From positions 27,137-91,136 of the forward strand of contig CAZYCQ010000006.1 in the NCBI GenBank assembly GCA_964645535.1: a DNA stretch of 64,000 nucleotides, written 5' to 3'. This document shows, in pieces, positions 45,874 through 56,122 of this stretch (positions are counted from its first letter, which is position 1; the number at the start of each line of letters is the position of its first letter). A program made the translations under genes and the position numbers. The notes below the pieces were generated by a model that was not told the DNA's origin, did not search any database, and was given only the letters and a program-made list of their open reading frames with translations. The stretch is from an uncultured archaeon. Its GTDB lineage: Archaea > Asgardarchaeota > Heimdallarchaeia > Heimdallarchaeales > Kariarchaeaceae.

Positions 45874-47415
45874 AGATTTCCAAGGTTTTCTTTTGAGGAC
45901 AACATATGTTGCGAAAAGCAGATAACCGCCAAGATTGTTGAAAATCAATGTTTGGAAGAAATTTTCGGTTATCACTAAATTGACATTTGCGAAAATACGG
46001 AGATTTTGATTTGCAAAACCAACAATGCCATGATACTGAGAAATCTTTACATTGCTGGAAACCTCAACCTTTAAAGAATAGGAGGTTGTCTCTCCCTGCT
46101 TCAATATCAATTTTTCATTTTGTTGGGATCCATGTATGAGTTGCGAACCCACTGCATCTGCAAAAGGAGTCAATTCAAGCAATGGAACAGGTCCTGAAAG
46201 ATATGTTATTTCCAATTCCACAGTGGCGCTTCTTCCTTTTTGGAAATTGATCGTATTTGATTTCAAAGTGATTTCAATGTCAACCTGCTTGTTTTCAGGT
46301 ACTACTGAAATAATTCCGTACTTAAATTGGGCAAACCAAAAATCATTACCAGATAATTTCCCGAATTGAGCAGTTGGTTCATCACCCTCAGTCCTATATT
46401 CAATGATGGTGTCATGGTCGAGAACAGCAACAGAATCTTTGAAGTGTTCTACTGCCCACACTCGTTGCAACCTATCAATGTGTAAATCATTGATACCGGC
46501 AAGAATTATATTGTTTTCTGGTTTTGGAACATAATATTTCCTGTTTACAGAAGCTGTATCTGGATCAAATTGGACAATCAAGTCGCCACCATGGGATCCA
46601 GACCAGAGTTTACCATTTCCATCAATTACGACACCAACAGGTGCGATAAAGTCTGGATCGACAGGATATTTAATGATGGCACCGGTTTCAGGGGCATACC
46701 TAACAAGTAGATTGGTATAAGATTCAACGAACCAAATCTTTCCTTCATGATCTTTCACTAATCCCAAAGGACCACATGTTTCTGCACAAACAATATCAAT
46801 AATTGTAATCTCTTTTTTTTCAGGTTTCAGATATCCAATACTATTCCCTAACCAAAGACTGAACCAAATTCGATCCTCATCAACCAGAAGATCAAAAGGA
46901 GCAACAGAGCCACCATTGATTCTATAGGAATGATAAGTTAGGTTATTGGGGAAAAAATGAACAATGTGGGTATCTGTATCATTGAATTTGTATGTGTAAT
47001 CGGTTAACCAGATGGAACCATCATTTGCCATCTTTAATTTAAAAGGTGTTATTCCGGTGGGAAATTGATATTCAATTGCATTGCCTGTTTCCTTGTCTAA
47101 AAGATATAGAGAATTATCTTTGAGGATATTGAAAAAAAGATGAGTTGAGTTTATGGGAAGGACATCAAAAACTTGGTGTTCCTCTGAAAGGGAGTAATCC
47201 ACCAGAAATTCTCGTTCGGTGATTGAAAGTTGTGGTTGATCTGAGACAATTACCGAGCCAAATGTAAAATTTGTAACGTAGGTTTGTTTATTAAATGGAA
47301 AAATGTTTTCTTCTTTAGAGATTTTTTCAGGAGTTGCATGAGTTCTAATGGAATATTGTCCATGTGAAATAAAAAACAGAAGTAAAATAAAGCAAAACAT
47401 GACTTGCCGGGACAT
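45862..47415 (-). CDS. secreted, C-terminally anchored beta-propeller protein (Vgb/NHL-like repeats)
   Basis: Signal-like N-terminus. Repeated G-x-(I/L)-W-(F/L) blades (DGSIWLTDY, EDRIWFSLW, EGKIWFVESY, NGKLWSGSHG, LQRVWAVEH). C-terminal TM plus basic tail. Confidence 0.6.
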   Translation of the reverse strand: MSRQVMFCFILLLFFISHGQYSIRTHATPEKISKEENIFPFNKQTYVTNFTFGSVIVSDQPQLSITEREFLVDYSLSEEHQVFDVLPINSTHLFFNILKDNSLYLLDKETGNAIEYQFPTGITPFKLKMANDGSIWLTDYTYKFNDTDTHIVHFFPNNLTYHSYRINGGSVAPFDLLVDEDRIWFSLWLGNSIGYLKPEKKEITIIDIVCAETCGPLGLVKDHEGKIWFVESYTNLLVRYAPETGAIIKYPVDPDFIAPVGVVIDGNGKLWSGSHGGDLIVQFDPDTASVNRKYYVPKPENNIILAGINDLHIDRLQRVWAVEHFKDSVAVLDHDTIIEYRTEGDEPTAQFGKLSGNDFWFAQFKYGIISVVPENKQVDIEITLKSNTINFQKGRSATVELEITYLSGPVPLLELTPFADAVGSQLIHGSQQNEKLILKQGETTSYSLKVEVSSNVKISQYHGIVGFANQNLRIFANVNLVITENFFQTLIFNNLGGYLLFATYVVLKRKPWKSSGN

Positions 47416-47499
47416 AGGATTTCAATTTGTTTTAATAAAACAGATATTTCTGTCTTTCCAAAGGCTAAATCATAAAAATCCTTTTGAAATGCTGTTATT

Positions 47500-48360
47500 A
47501 TGAAAGTTCTCCGGTATTTTCTGTTTCAAAGCAGTTTAATCACAATTGCATTGATAAAAGTAGCTTCTGCGCATGGAGACATCCCGCATGGTGCAGAAAC
47601 AGCAGAACCATCATTTCCGATCTTTGTTGCACTTGGAGCCGCCATCATTTCAGGGGTGTTTCCTATCGTTTTTGGTTTTTTGGTTCCCCATTGGTTGCGT
47701 CAAGCAGATACCCTCCCCTTTTCATTAAAAGAGAATCTTGAGCCGTTGATGAGAGGAATGTCTTTTGGATTTCTCCTTTTCCTGTTCTATGATTTCGGTG
47801 TTCTTTCTAGTTTTGCAGGTCTAAATTCTTCAGATCTCGTGCTGAGAATCATTTTACCCTTAATTCTTTTTTCAGGCCTAGTCTTGATAGATTTACGTGC
47901 TTTGGGAAGGGAAGGAGAAAATATTTGGCTCTTCATCTGGTTATTTGGAATTGCATTCCATTCCACTGCAGAAGGAATAATAATGGGAGCAAACTTTCTG
48001 TTGCCTGAACCAGATGTCCTTAGATTTTTCCCAGCAATAAGTTTCATCTTTCATAAGTTTGCAGAAGGCTTCATTGCAGGTGTCCTTTTAACTGATAAGA
48101 AGACAACAGAGAAGGGAATTATCATTAAGGGAACAATTGCATCTTCCTTTATTTTGATTGGGGTTTTAGGAGGATATTATAATATTCAAACTTTTGGGAG
48201 ATATATTTCATATCTGTATACCATTACACTTGTGACTATCACATCAACACTTTTCTACCTTGGGCAAAGAAGGAACAGTTCGGAAGACAAAACCTTTTTC
48301 AGGGGGTCAATCTTAGGAATCCTGTTGCTTTACCTGTTTACAATACTGCATGAGGTGTAA
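47500..48360 (+). CDS. ZIP-like metal transporter
   Basis: Signal peptide, His-rich AHGDIPHGAE, and paired motifs FHSTAEGIIMG and FHKFAEGFIAG resembling ZIP HNxxEGxAxG. Confidence 0.5.
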   Translation: MKVLRYFLFQSSLITIALIKVASAHGDIPHGAETAEPSFPIFVALGAAIISGVFPIVFGFLVPHWLRQADTLPFSLKENLEPLMRGMSFGFLLFLFYDFGVLSSFAGLNSSDLVLRIILPLILFSGLVLIDLRALGREGENIWLFIWLFGIAFHSTAEGIIMGANFLLPEPDVLRFFPAISFIFHKFAEGFIAGVLLTDKKTTEKGIIIKGTIASSFILIGVLGGYYNIQTFGRYISYLYTITLVTITSTLFYLGQRRNSSEDKTFFRGSILGILLLYLFTILHEV

Positions 48361-48363
48361 AAC

Positions 48364-48747
48364 TTGGTTCAGAAAAATTATCTCATATCATTTATCTTTG
48401 TCCTCCTATTCACAGGTTCAGTGTTTTTCCTAGGGTATTATGCAAATCAGTCTTCTCAGGAACCATCTGAAGAGGTTACGATCCGGATTATCGCGAAGCA
48501 ATTCGAATATGAACCTGAAAACATAACAGTATCATTCGGTGTGAAGGTGAAATTGATCCTCACCTCCGCAGATGTGGTTCATGGTTTCCAAATTGAAGAG
48601 TACAATATCAAGGACGTTCAAATCCGAAATGGTGAAGAAACCGTTGTTACATTTGTTGCGAACATCAGAGGAGAATTCATCTTTTTTTGTGACGTATTTT
48701 GTGGAGTCGGTCATGCAGACCATTGGGGAAGATTAAGAGTCGTATAA
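48364..48747 (+). CDS. small membrane-anchored cupredoxin, CoxII-like with variant CuA ligand set
   Basis: TTG start, one TM. VVHGFQI and FFCDVFCGVGHADHWG (CxxxCxxxHxxH rather than CxExCxxxHxxM). Confidence 0.6.
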   Translation: MVQKNYLISFIFVLLFTGSVFFLGYYANQSSQEPSEEVTIRIIAKQFEYEPENITVSFGVKVKLILTSADVVHGFQIEEYNIKDVQIRNGEETVVTFVANIRGEFIFFCDVFCGVGHADHWGRLRVV

Positions 48748-48850
48748 CTGAAAAGGATTTCCTTTAATGGTTTGCCGTATTTTGAAATGAAAGCAGTTAA
48801 TTTATAAACACCTACACTTTTGATAGCTAAGACCCAATAGAGGTGATTAC

Positions 48851-49594
48851 ATGGAGTTTCTAAAGCAAGTTAAATATTTCCTTTTGGGATTTGGAGGGGC
48901 AGGAGTAATCCTCCTGCTCTTTTTCCTTACGAATGACAAAGGAAAGACAGCAATTTCATTAGGAGGCTCGACGATTTCTGCAAGGTTGAATGAGTCTACA
49001 CTGACTCCAGTTCGGATCTTTCTAATTTCAATTGAATTTATTTGGCTTTTCAGCTGGGCAATCTTCTATATCAGGTTATCAAGGAATGCAAGTCAACCTG
49101 CTCCAGAGGAAACTGCCAAGAAGATAGAAGCATTTGAACCCAAATACTTCCAAGGCGTGGCTGCGTTTCTTTTCCTTTTGTTAATCCTGTCCTTTGGTAT
49201 TCCTTATCTTTTTGGACCAGGAATTGCCCAGTTCCACAATCATTCAACGGATGATCCCTTTGATCAAAGAATCAATGTCAAAGCACATACCTTTGTTTTT
49301 GAGTTTGATTTGAACAATAATGGAACATATATATCTTCGCTCTCGAAGGATTCCCCTGCGGTTCAGTTAAAGACAAATGTCCGATATCTGTTCGTTCTTG
49401 TTTCTACGGACACTACGCATGGCTTTGGTCTTTATTCTCCAGACGGGGTGTTGCTTGGTCAAAACCAGATCATTCCAGGCTATGAGAACTATTATTATTT
49501 TACCTTTGAAGAAGCAGGCACATACAAAATTCTATGCATGGAATACTGTGGTGCAGGACATCAAGTCATGATGTCATATATTTCGGTGGTGTAG
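48851..49594 (+). CDS. heme-copper oxidase subunit II (CuA cupredoxin)
   Basis: Two TM helices plus a cupredoxin domain with TTHGFGLYS and the canonical CuA motif CMEYCGAGHQVM. GAGGTGA lies upstream. Confidence 0.8.
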   Translation: MEFLKQVKYFLLGFGGAGVILLLFFLTNDKGKTAISLGGSTISARLNESTLTPVRIFLISIEFIWLFSWAIFYIRLSRNASQPAPEETAKKIEAFEPKYFQGVAAFLFLLLILSFGIPYLFGPGIAQFHNHSTDDPFDQRINVKAHTFVFEFDLNNNGTYISSLSKDSPAVQLKTNVRYLFVLVSTDTTHGFGLYSPDGVLLGQNQIIPGYENYYYFTFEEAGTYKILCMEYCGAGHQVMMSYISVV

Positions 49595-49602
49595 GTGGTA
49601 AT

Positions 49603-51090
49603 ATGAGTGAGAAAAGTTATGTAGAAGAAGCAAAAGAATTGTCTTTAGGTTATTTTGTAACTGGAGGACTTGTTCTTGCGATTGCAGTGCTCCTTGGACT
49701 GATGACCAGGATTTCACAGACTGGTTGGTTTGGAGAAGTTCCAAGAGTCTATTATTCCTTGATGACATTGCATGGTATGGCTGCATTTGTAGGATGGGGA
49801 TGTTTCACATCCATGGGATTGACATGGTATGTTCTAGTTAAGACATTGGATTCTCCACTTCACAGTCCTAAACTTGTCAAAGCGATTTATTGGTTGTTTG
49901 CAGTTGCTTTTGTACTGCTAGCTGTCAGTGTCCTTTATGGTCGATTCGGTGGATCATGGGTGTTCCTTTATCCAATTGCGTTTTATGGATATTGGGATTC
50001 AACTGCTGCAGGCATTTGGACATTTGGTGTCATTCTTGCTGGAGTTGGGATAATCCTTTACGGACTGGAAATCCTTTTGACCATTCGGAAAGCAGGATAT
50101 AGCCTTTTGGCAGCTTTGGGATTTGAATCCTTCAGGAAAGATTTCGAAGACATTAAGGATCGGATTCCTTTGGCGGCAGTTCCCTTTGCAGTTATCGGAT
50201 TGGGTATGATTGTTGCCACAATTCCATTTGCATACTTGTTGATCTATCAACTTTTGGAGTTGATGGGAATAATCAACACCAGAATGGATCCTCTTCTTGC
50301 CAAAAATTTCCTATGGTGGTTTGGTCATCCTGTGGTTTATCTCATACTATTTCCAGTGGTTGGTTTCTTTTACTATGTAACTGAAATTTACGCAGGACAG
50401 AAATTAGTTGGGGAACGATATGCAAAGCTTGCTTGGGCTTTGGCAACTATAATCCAGAACTTCATTGGTGCCCACCATCTTTATGCAGACATTGCCCAAC
50501 AACCATGGATCCACGTCTGGTCCCAAATGGGGACTTATGTTATCATCATTCCATCCCTGATCTCCATTTTTTCCATTACTGCAACCATCTATATTTCTGA
50601 ATTCAAATGGGGTATTGCTTCGCAATACATGTTCGTATCCTTGACATTTTGGCTATTGGCCGGTCTTTCAGGATGGGTGAATGCAACAATCTCCTTGAAC
50701 ATTAATATTCACAACACATTGTGGGTTGTTGCTCACTTCCATGTCATGGCACTAATGGCATTGACCACCATGATTTTCGGAATGGGCTATCACCTGATTG
50801 GAGATTACACAGAAGGTAATTTCAATGAGAAATTGGGGGTTAGGGCACTTTGGACATATGTCATCGGTGCCCTTGGCTTCACCCATTTCTGGTTCATCCA
50901 AGGTCTTTGGGGAGGAATAAGGAGGTCTTTCTATTCCACACCAGAGTCCTTGACAGCCTTGACCTATTTCAGTATTCCATTTATGATCCTCGCAGTGATA
51001 GGGGTGTGGCTTAATATCTATGTTGCAATGAAAGCGGTCTTTGGATCTTCCACGAAGGAACCAAATGCATCTGCCGTTGCAGGGCAGTGA
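49603..51090 (+). CDS. heme-copper oxidase subunit I
   Basis: Start at ATG 49603. TLHGMAAF (heme ligand), WWFGHPVVY (CuB His plus Tyr), GAHHLY (CuB His pair), VVAHFHVM (heme ligands). About 12 TM helices. Confidence 0.9.
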   Translation: MSEKSYVEEAKELSLGYFVTGGLVLAIAVLLGLMTRISQTGWFGEVPRVYYSLMTLHGMAAFVGWGCFTSMGLTWYVLVKTLDSPLHSPKLVKAIYWLFAVAFVLLAVSVLYGRFGGSWVFLYPIAFYGYWDSTAAGIWTFGVILAGVGIILYGLEILLTIRKAGYSLLAALGFESFRKDFEDIKDRIPLAAVPFAVIGLGMIVATIPFAYLLIYQLLELMGIINTRMDPLLAKNFLWWFGHPVVYLILFPVVGFFYYVTEIYAGQKLVGERYAKLAWALATIIQNFIGAHHLYADIAQQPWIHVWSQMGTYVIIIPSLISIFSITATIYISEFKWGIASQYMFVSLTFWLLAGLSGWVNATISLNINIHNTLWVVAHFHVMALMALTTMIFGMGYHLIGDYTEGNFNEKLGVRALWTYVIGALGFTHFWFIQGLWGGIRRSFYSTPESLTALTYFSIPFMILAVIGVWLNIYVAMKAVFGSSTKEPNASAVAGQ

Positions 51091-51138
51091 AATGAGCAAT
51101 ATGACAAATTTGTTAAAAATAATAATGTAGTAAAGGTA

Positions 51139-51612
51139 ATGAAAACAATCTGTAAAAAATATTTCCCATATTTTTTTTCTATTCTTGGAATATTCATTTT
51201 GGTCAGTTTTATTCCTACTGAATGGTTTAAGCTAGATTTAGTCAAGGATCCAAACGTGGTGTGGCTTGAATGGGAATTGACCTATCGTTTCAAAATGGTG
51301 ATTGCAATTATTATTGGCGGGGTTATTGGTGCATTTTCGGGAATTGATATTTCTCGGTATAAATCCCTCCTTATGAATGAGGAGGAAATTTCCAAGACAC
51401 ATGCCGGTTGGAAATGGATGCTGTTCAATGACCTGTTTGTTTTGGAACTTTTCCTGTTTTTTTTTATTTCTGGTACTCTGTATATAAGAATTTTACAGGA
51501 AGATCAAGAGAATATACAAGTGGAGTTGCTTAGGCTAATCGACATAACCTATCCTCTGTGGTATGTTTTCGGATTAATTGTAGGAAGGTCATTGCTTGGA
51601 AAATTTCGGTGA
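51139..51612 (+). CDS. membrane protein downstream of the oxidase genes
   Basis: 157 aa, about 4 hydrophobic helices, no motif recognised. Confidence 0.4.
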   Translation: MKTICKKYFPYFFSILGIFILVSFIPTEWFKLDLVKDPNVVWLEWELTYRFKMVIAIIIGGVIGAFSGIDISRYKSLLMNEEEISKTHAGWKWMLFNDLFVLELFLFFFISGTLYIRILQEDQENIQVELLRLIDITYPLWYVFGLIVGRSLLGKFR

Positions 51613-52472
51613 AAAAGCCCAGAATTGTATCTTAATCTTTGTCTGTATCTGTATAAGAAGGAGAGTGGGGATGCATTGGACACTATGTTTCGTAACCATT
51701 TGATTCGTCTGTTTTCAAGATCTATAATGCAGGCAGAATCCTCAACCGTCGCGCCAGGATTTAGTCCCCACCATCCGTTGGGGGAATAATATAATCCTCT
51801 GGATTCATGGATATGACCGCAGATTACTCCTTCAATTCCTGCATTTTCCATAAAATAGGAAATTGGTTTACTTCCTGCATGAATTTTTTTCGATGGAATA
51901 TAATCAAGAGATGTACCATAGGGGGGACTGTGTGAAATTAATATTCTGGTGTTAGCATCATCACGGATCTGTTTTCCCAATCCGCTCAATTTCCTGTAGG
52001 CGGTCAATGGGTGAATTTCTCCAAATGATTTTGCACGCTTTTCTCCTGAGGAATCGGTAACCCATCCAAAACCCAATAACTGCAAATCATCAATCATAAT
52101 GCTCTTTTCCTGTAACCAGATAAGGTTGGGTTTAATTTCTGAGTAGGTCTTGATCCATTCCCTGAATTCCGGTGTTTCCACATTTCCAGGAATTGCGACA
52201 ACAGGGACATCAAAATTAAGAAGAAAATCAAAGAACTTTCTGGCGAAAATTATCTGCAATCTGGTAGTTCTTTGGAGGAAACGGCTTTGGACATTCTTGA
52301 CATATTCAGAACGACCACCCCGTTCGATCAGATAAGAATAAACGATAACAGGGAGATCAACTGTTGTAGGAATATCACCCGGTAAGACAATCATATCTGG
52401 TTGTTCCTGTGCAATTATCGGAGTGACATTGGGGGAAATGCCATGAATGTCGGAAAGAACCAGAATTTTCAA
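51549..52472 (-). CDS. calcineurin-like metallophosphoesterase
   Basis: ILVLSDIHG, VLPGDI, IPGNVE, LISHSPP, ICGHIHE. Confidence 0.8.
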   Translation of the reverse strand: MKILVLSDIHGISPNVTPIIAQEQPDMIVLPGDIPTTVDLPVIVYSYLIERGGRSEYVKNVQSRFLQRTTRLQIIFARKFFDFLLNFDVPVVAIPGNVETPEFREWIKTYSEIKPNLIWLQEKSIMIDDLQLLGFGWVTDSSGEKRAKSFGEIHPLTAYRKLSGLGKQIRDDANTRILISHSPPYGTSLDYIPSKKIHAGSKPISYFMENAGIEGVICGHIHESRGLYYSPNGWWGLNPGATVEDSACIIDLENRRIKWLRNIVSNASPLSFLYRYRQRLRYNSGLFHRNFPSNDLPTINPKTYHRG

Positions 52473-52515
52473 CTAACAATTCATGGAAGTTCAATTTATA
52501 ATTCTTTGTGGATAT

Positions 52516-52917
52516 TTAGATTGCAAATGGCCATTCAATATCAACAGTGAAAAGAATCATGAGAACCAATCCAAGAATGGTCATGTTTTTCATAAAATGG
52601 GTCATTTCAGCCATTTTCATTTGTTCGTCCTCAACCTTCCAGAAATTGTGCATCATTGGAGTCACACCAATGAAGAAAAGAGCCAAAGCAATTGTACCAA
52701 TCAAAGGCTGAAAACCTATCAGGAAAGAAATTCCACCAATAAGCAGAAGCAAGCCGCTGCCAATGACAGCCAATTTAGGAGCAGGAACACCCTTTGATCC
52801 TGCATATCCGCTCAGCATTTCGAGTTTCATGAAATGGTTCAGTCCAAACATAATGAACATGAAACCAGCAATAATTCTTCCAACTAGAAATATTTCGTTG
52901 TAAGCCATAATAATCAC
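52516..52917 (-). CDS. DoxX family membrane protein
   Basis: 133 aa, 4 TM helices, RIIAGFMFIMFGLNHF and PAPKLAVIGSGLLLLIGGISFLIGF typical of DoxX. Confidence 0.65.
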   Translation of the reverse strand: MIIMAYNEIFLVGRIIAGFMFIMFGLNHFMKLEMLSGYAGSKGVPAPKLAVIGSGLLLLIGGISFLIGFQPLIGTIALALFFIGVTPMMHNFWKVEDEQMKMAEMTHFMKNMTILGLVLMILFTVDIEWPFAI

Positions 52918-53321
52918 CTCTATCAGGCAAATATTATTTCAATATTGGATATATAAACAATATTTTATAGGAAAACAAGGAAGGAACTACCCCTGCAATT
53001 TTCAGGAGAGACACCAGATTGGAAGAGAAGGGTGATTCTGTGAAGAATATTATTGAGAAAATTTTGGATGGCTGAAATTACAGGTTTTGGATTTGTTCTG
53101 GGTCTGAGAATTGATCAACATGTAGGGTTCTTTTTTTCCTTTTTCAATATGGTAACATAGGAGGACATGACATTAACAGATTTTCCAAGGCTGAAATTGA
53201 GCTAAAAATATTTCACATTTGGTTATAGCACATGGATTTTGTGCAATTCCTAGAAACTTGTGAGTTCAGAGTTATTTGCCAAATAGCTCTGTTTTTTATA
53301 TCGACTAACCGAACAAGGACA

Positions 53322-54263
53322 ATGATTGTTAAAATTGAAAATCTTTCCAAGGTTTTCAAAGATGGAGAAAAGCAGGTTGTTGCCCTCCAAGATGCAAGTT
53401 TGGAGATCAAATCTGGCGCCACAGCCCTTCTTGGTCCCAATGGAAGTGGGAAATCAACATTGATCAAAATAATACTGGGATTGGTGGAACCTACAGCAGG
53501 TAAGTTCATTCTGTTTCCCGAACACGACATGAGCCATCGGGAAAGCCTATTGAAAATTGGATACATGCCTGAAACTCCATCTTTAATTTCTGGAGTCAAT
53601 GCAGTCAAATTCATCAGGCATATAGGAATGCTCAGTGGATTGAATTATAATACAGCAATGCAAAGAACGCATGAAGTATTGGATTATGTAGGAATCTTTG
53701 AAGAAAGGTATCGTGAGATCCGCGGATATTCGACCGGGATGAAACAAAGGATTCTGTTTGCACAAGCATTAGTCCACGATCCGGAATTTCTAATCTTAGA
53801 CGAACCGACAACTGGGTTATCTCCTGAGGGGAGAAGTGAGATGCTTGATTTGATTACAGAGATAACAAAGGACTATGGTAAATCCATAATGTTTTCTACA
53901 CACATTCTTCCAGATGTGGAAGACATCTGCAACAATGTCATCATCCTCTACAACGGAAAAGTTCTGTTTCAAGGAGGAACTGCGGAGATGTTGAACAAAA
54001 TGCGGAAGGGAAAAAGGATCGTTGTTTCTTCGAATGTAGAGCAGATAAAGAGCCAATTGATGGCCAATGGTTATGAGATAGAAAATGATTGGAGACAGGA
54101 AAACTCTTTTTTTCTAAGGTCTCCTGACGAAAATCCAATTGAATTTTCTGAAATACGGGAAGTAGTCCAAGCAAACCAATCCTATCTCATAGCATTTGAA
54201 GAGGAACAGGTCAGTCTAGAAAATCTTTTTGTGGAGCGCATACGGAGGGAAAGAGAAGAATGA
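53322..54263 (+). CDS. ABC transporter ATP-binding protein (ABC-2 type system, ATPase 1)
   Basis: Start at ATG 53322 (MIVKIENLSKVF). LLGPNGSGKSTL, YSTGMKQRILFAQAL, FLILDEPTTGL. Confidence 0.85.
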   Translation: MIVKIENLSKVFKDGEKQVVALQDASLEIKSGATALLGPNGSGKSTLIKIILGLVEPTAGKFILFPEHDMSHRESLLKIGYMPETPSLISGVNAVKFIRHIGMLSGLNYNTAMQRTHEVLDYVGIFEERYREIRGYSTGMKQRILFAQALVHDPEFLILDEPTTGLSPEGRSEMLDLITEITKDYGKSIMFSTHILPDVEDICNNVIILYNGKVLFQGGTAEMLNKMRKGKRIVVSSNVEQIKSQLMANGYEIENDWRQENSFFLRSPDENPIEFSEIREVVQANQSYLIAFEEEQVSLENLFVERIRREREE

Positions 54264-55177
54264 GCGTATATGAAAGCAAATACAGACCACTGAAAAAAGC
54301 CAGATCAAAAGAGTCTTTGAAGAATGATATTTGGGTCATGACAGTTTTTGAAATCCGCAGAAGTTTAAGCGGAAGATGGAGTAAAGTTCCATTGATTTTT
54401 GCTGGCTTTTTCCTATTCATCGCTTTGACATCGCTTGGGCAATTACTTCTTCTTCCAGAGAAGGAATTTCTCCAGAGTCTGGAATTTTTTTCTGCATTCT
54501 TTCTTACTCCTGCTGAAGGTCCCGGTTCACTGATTTGGTTGCATGTGGCCATCATCAATTCAGGGCTAATTGCAACAGATCTTGGAGACAATACCTTCAC
54601 CCTCTACATGACAAAGATGAGATTGAAGACCTACTTCCTGTCCAAAGTGATTGCTTCGATGATATTGACCATTATAGGTCTACCTTTGGTTTCAATCGCT
54701 TACTTCATTGTAGCAATTTACAAACGAGGTTTTCCTATTTTTCCATTCAATTGGGACTTGATGATTGATTACCTTGTCATCTTGGGTAAATTGGTCGTCT
54801 TTGCCATTTTTGTGGTGTTTCTCTACAGTTCTCTGATCTTATTGTTTTCTGCCTATACAAAACGATCAATCAACGCAGGTGTTATTTTCATCGTTTTTCT
54901 CATCGCTTCTGTAGTCATTGCGGATGGTATCCTGTATGAGACGACACAGGTGGAAATGTTTAGGTTGTTTAGTCCATTGACTGCAATGTACATTGTATTC
55001 ACCAATTATTTTTCTCTGCAATTTTCATTTGGTGGAGCAGGAAACGATGGAGGACCTCAAGCTATTGAACCAGAAAGTCCAGATTTAGTGGTATGGGCGA
55101 TTTTTAGTACCATTGCCATGGCTGTTTTCTCATTGACAATGACATACAGGAAACTGGTTACACTAAGGAGTGAGTAA
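54260..55177 (+). CDS. ABC-2 type transporter permease 1
   Basis: ATGA-coupled to the upstream ATPase. About 6 TM helices. Confidence 0.6.
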   Translation: MSVYESKYRPLKKARSKESLKNDIWVMTVFEIRRSLSGRWSKVPLIFAGFFLFIALTSLGQLLLLPEKEFLQSLEFFSAFFLTPAEGPGSLIWLHVAIINSGLIATDLGDNTFTLYMTKMRLKTYFLSKVIASMILTIIGLPLVSIAYFIVAIYKRGFPIFPFNWDLMIDYLVILGKLVVFAIFVVFLYSSLILLFSAYTKRSINAGVIFIVFLIASVVIADGILYETTQVEMFRLFSPLTAMYIVFTNYFSLQFSFGGAGNDGGPQAIEPESPDLVVWAIFSTIAMAVFSLTMTYRKLVTLRSE

Positions 55178-56122
55178 ATGACAGGGATAGAGTTCAAAAA
55201 TGTAAGTAAGTTTTATGGGGAAGTCCTAGGATTGAATGACGTATCCTTTTTCATTCCAAAAGGGATAACTGGATTGGTCGGTTCCAATGGCGCTGGAAAG
55301 AGTACAACCATGAAACTCTGTGTATCGATTATCAAGCCTGATTTAGGAGAAGTGACTTACCAAGGAGAGTCCATTTGGAACAATCTTGCGTATCTCAAAA
55401 AAGTGGGCTACGCAACGGAAAAAGACAAGCTTTTCGAATGGATGACAGGGTATGAGTTCCTTAAATGGAATGCCAGATTATTGGATCTCCATGGAACTGT
55501 TGCTGAAACGCGGATTAAGGAAATTTTGGAATTAATGGATCTTTCACATGCAAAGGATCGGAAAATCCAAGGTTATTCTAGAGGGATGAGGCAACGTGTC
55601 AAGATCGGTCAGACACTCCTTCACGAACCTGAATTGATCTTCGTGGATGAACCTATGTCTGGAACAGATCCACTTGGGAGGTATACAATAGCGGAAACAT
55701 TCAGGAGAGTATACAAAGATGAGGGAAGATCAGTAATTCTCTCGTCACATGTACTTCATGAGCTGGAACGATTGAGTACATGGTTGCTTATCCTTGAAAA
55801 TGGCAAGTTAGTGGCAGAGGGAACAATGCACGGAATACGTGAGGCAATGAACAATGTTCCTCAACATTTCATCATTACATCTCCAAATGTTGATTCAATA
55901 TTGGAGAGCCTAGTGGATCAGATCATAGAATTCAAGCGCCTTTCTCCGTATAAAATCCAAGTTGCCGCCAAAAACCGTGAGGCTTTGGAAAACTCATTGG
56001 TAGAAATCCAACAAGACCAACATATTGAGATCAATGAATTCCTAACTGCCGACGCAGATTTATCGGCGGTTTATCGACTTTTGAAAAATGGCAACAGAGA
56101 TTCATGGAGGTATTTAGCATGA
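55178..56122 (+). CDS. ABC transporter ATP-binding protein (ATPase 2)
   Basis: LVGSNGAGKSTT, YSRGMRQRVKIGQTL, LIFVDEPMSGTD. Confidence 0.85.
   Translation: MTGIEFKNVSKFYGEVLGLNDVSFFIPKGITGLVGSNGAGKSTTMKLCVSIIKPDLGEVTYQGESIWNNLAYLKKVGYATEKDKLFEWMTGYEFLKWNARLLDLHGTVAETRIKEILELMDLSHAKDRKIQGYSRGMRQRVKIGQTLLHEPELIFVDEPMSGTDPLGRYTIAETFRRVYKDEGRSVILSSHVLHELERLSTWLLILENGKLVAEGTMHGIREAMNNVPQHFIITSPNVDSILESLVDQIIEFKRLSPYKIQVAAKNREALENSLVEIQQDQHIEINEFLTADADLSAVYRLLKNGNRDSWRYLA

Noticed and set aside
53070-53159. 29-codon ATG ORF (MAEITGFGFVLGLRIDQHVGFFFSFFNMV) in the 400-bp spacer upstream of the ABC-2 operon
   Set aside because: No SD-like motif and no recognisable family. It is too short to distinguish from chance.
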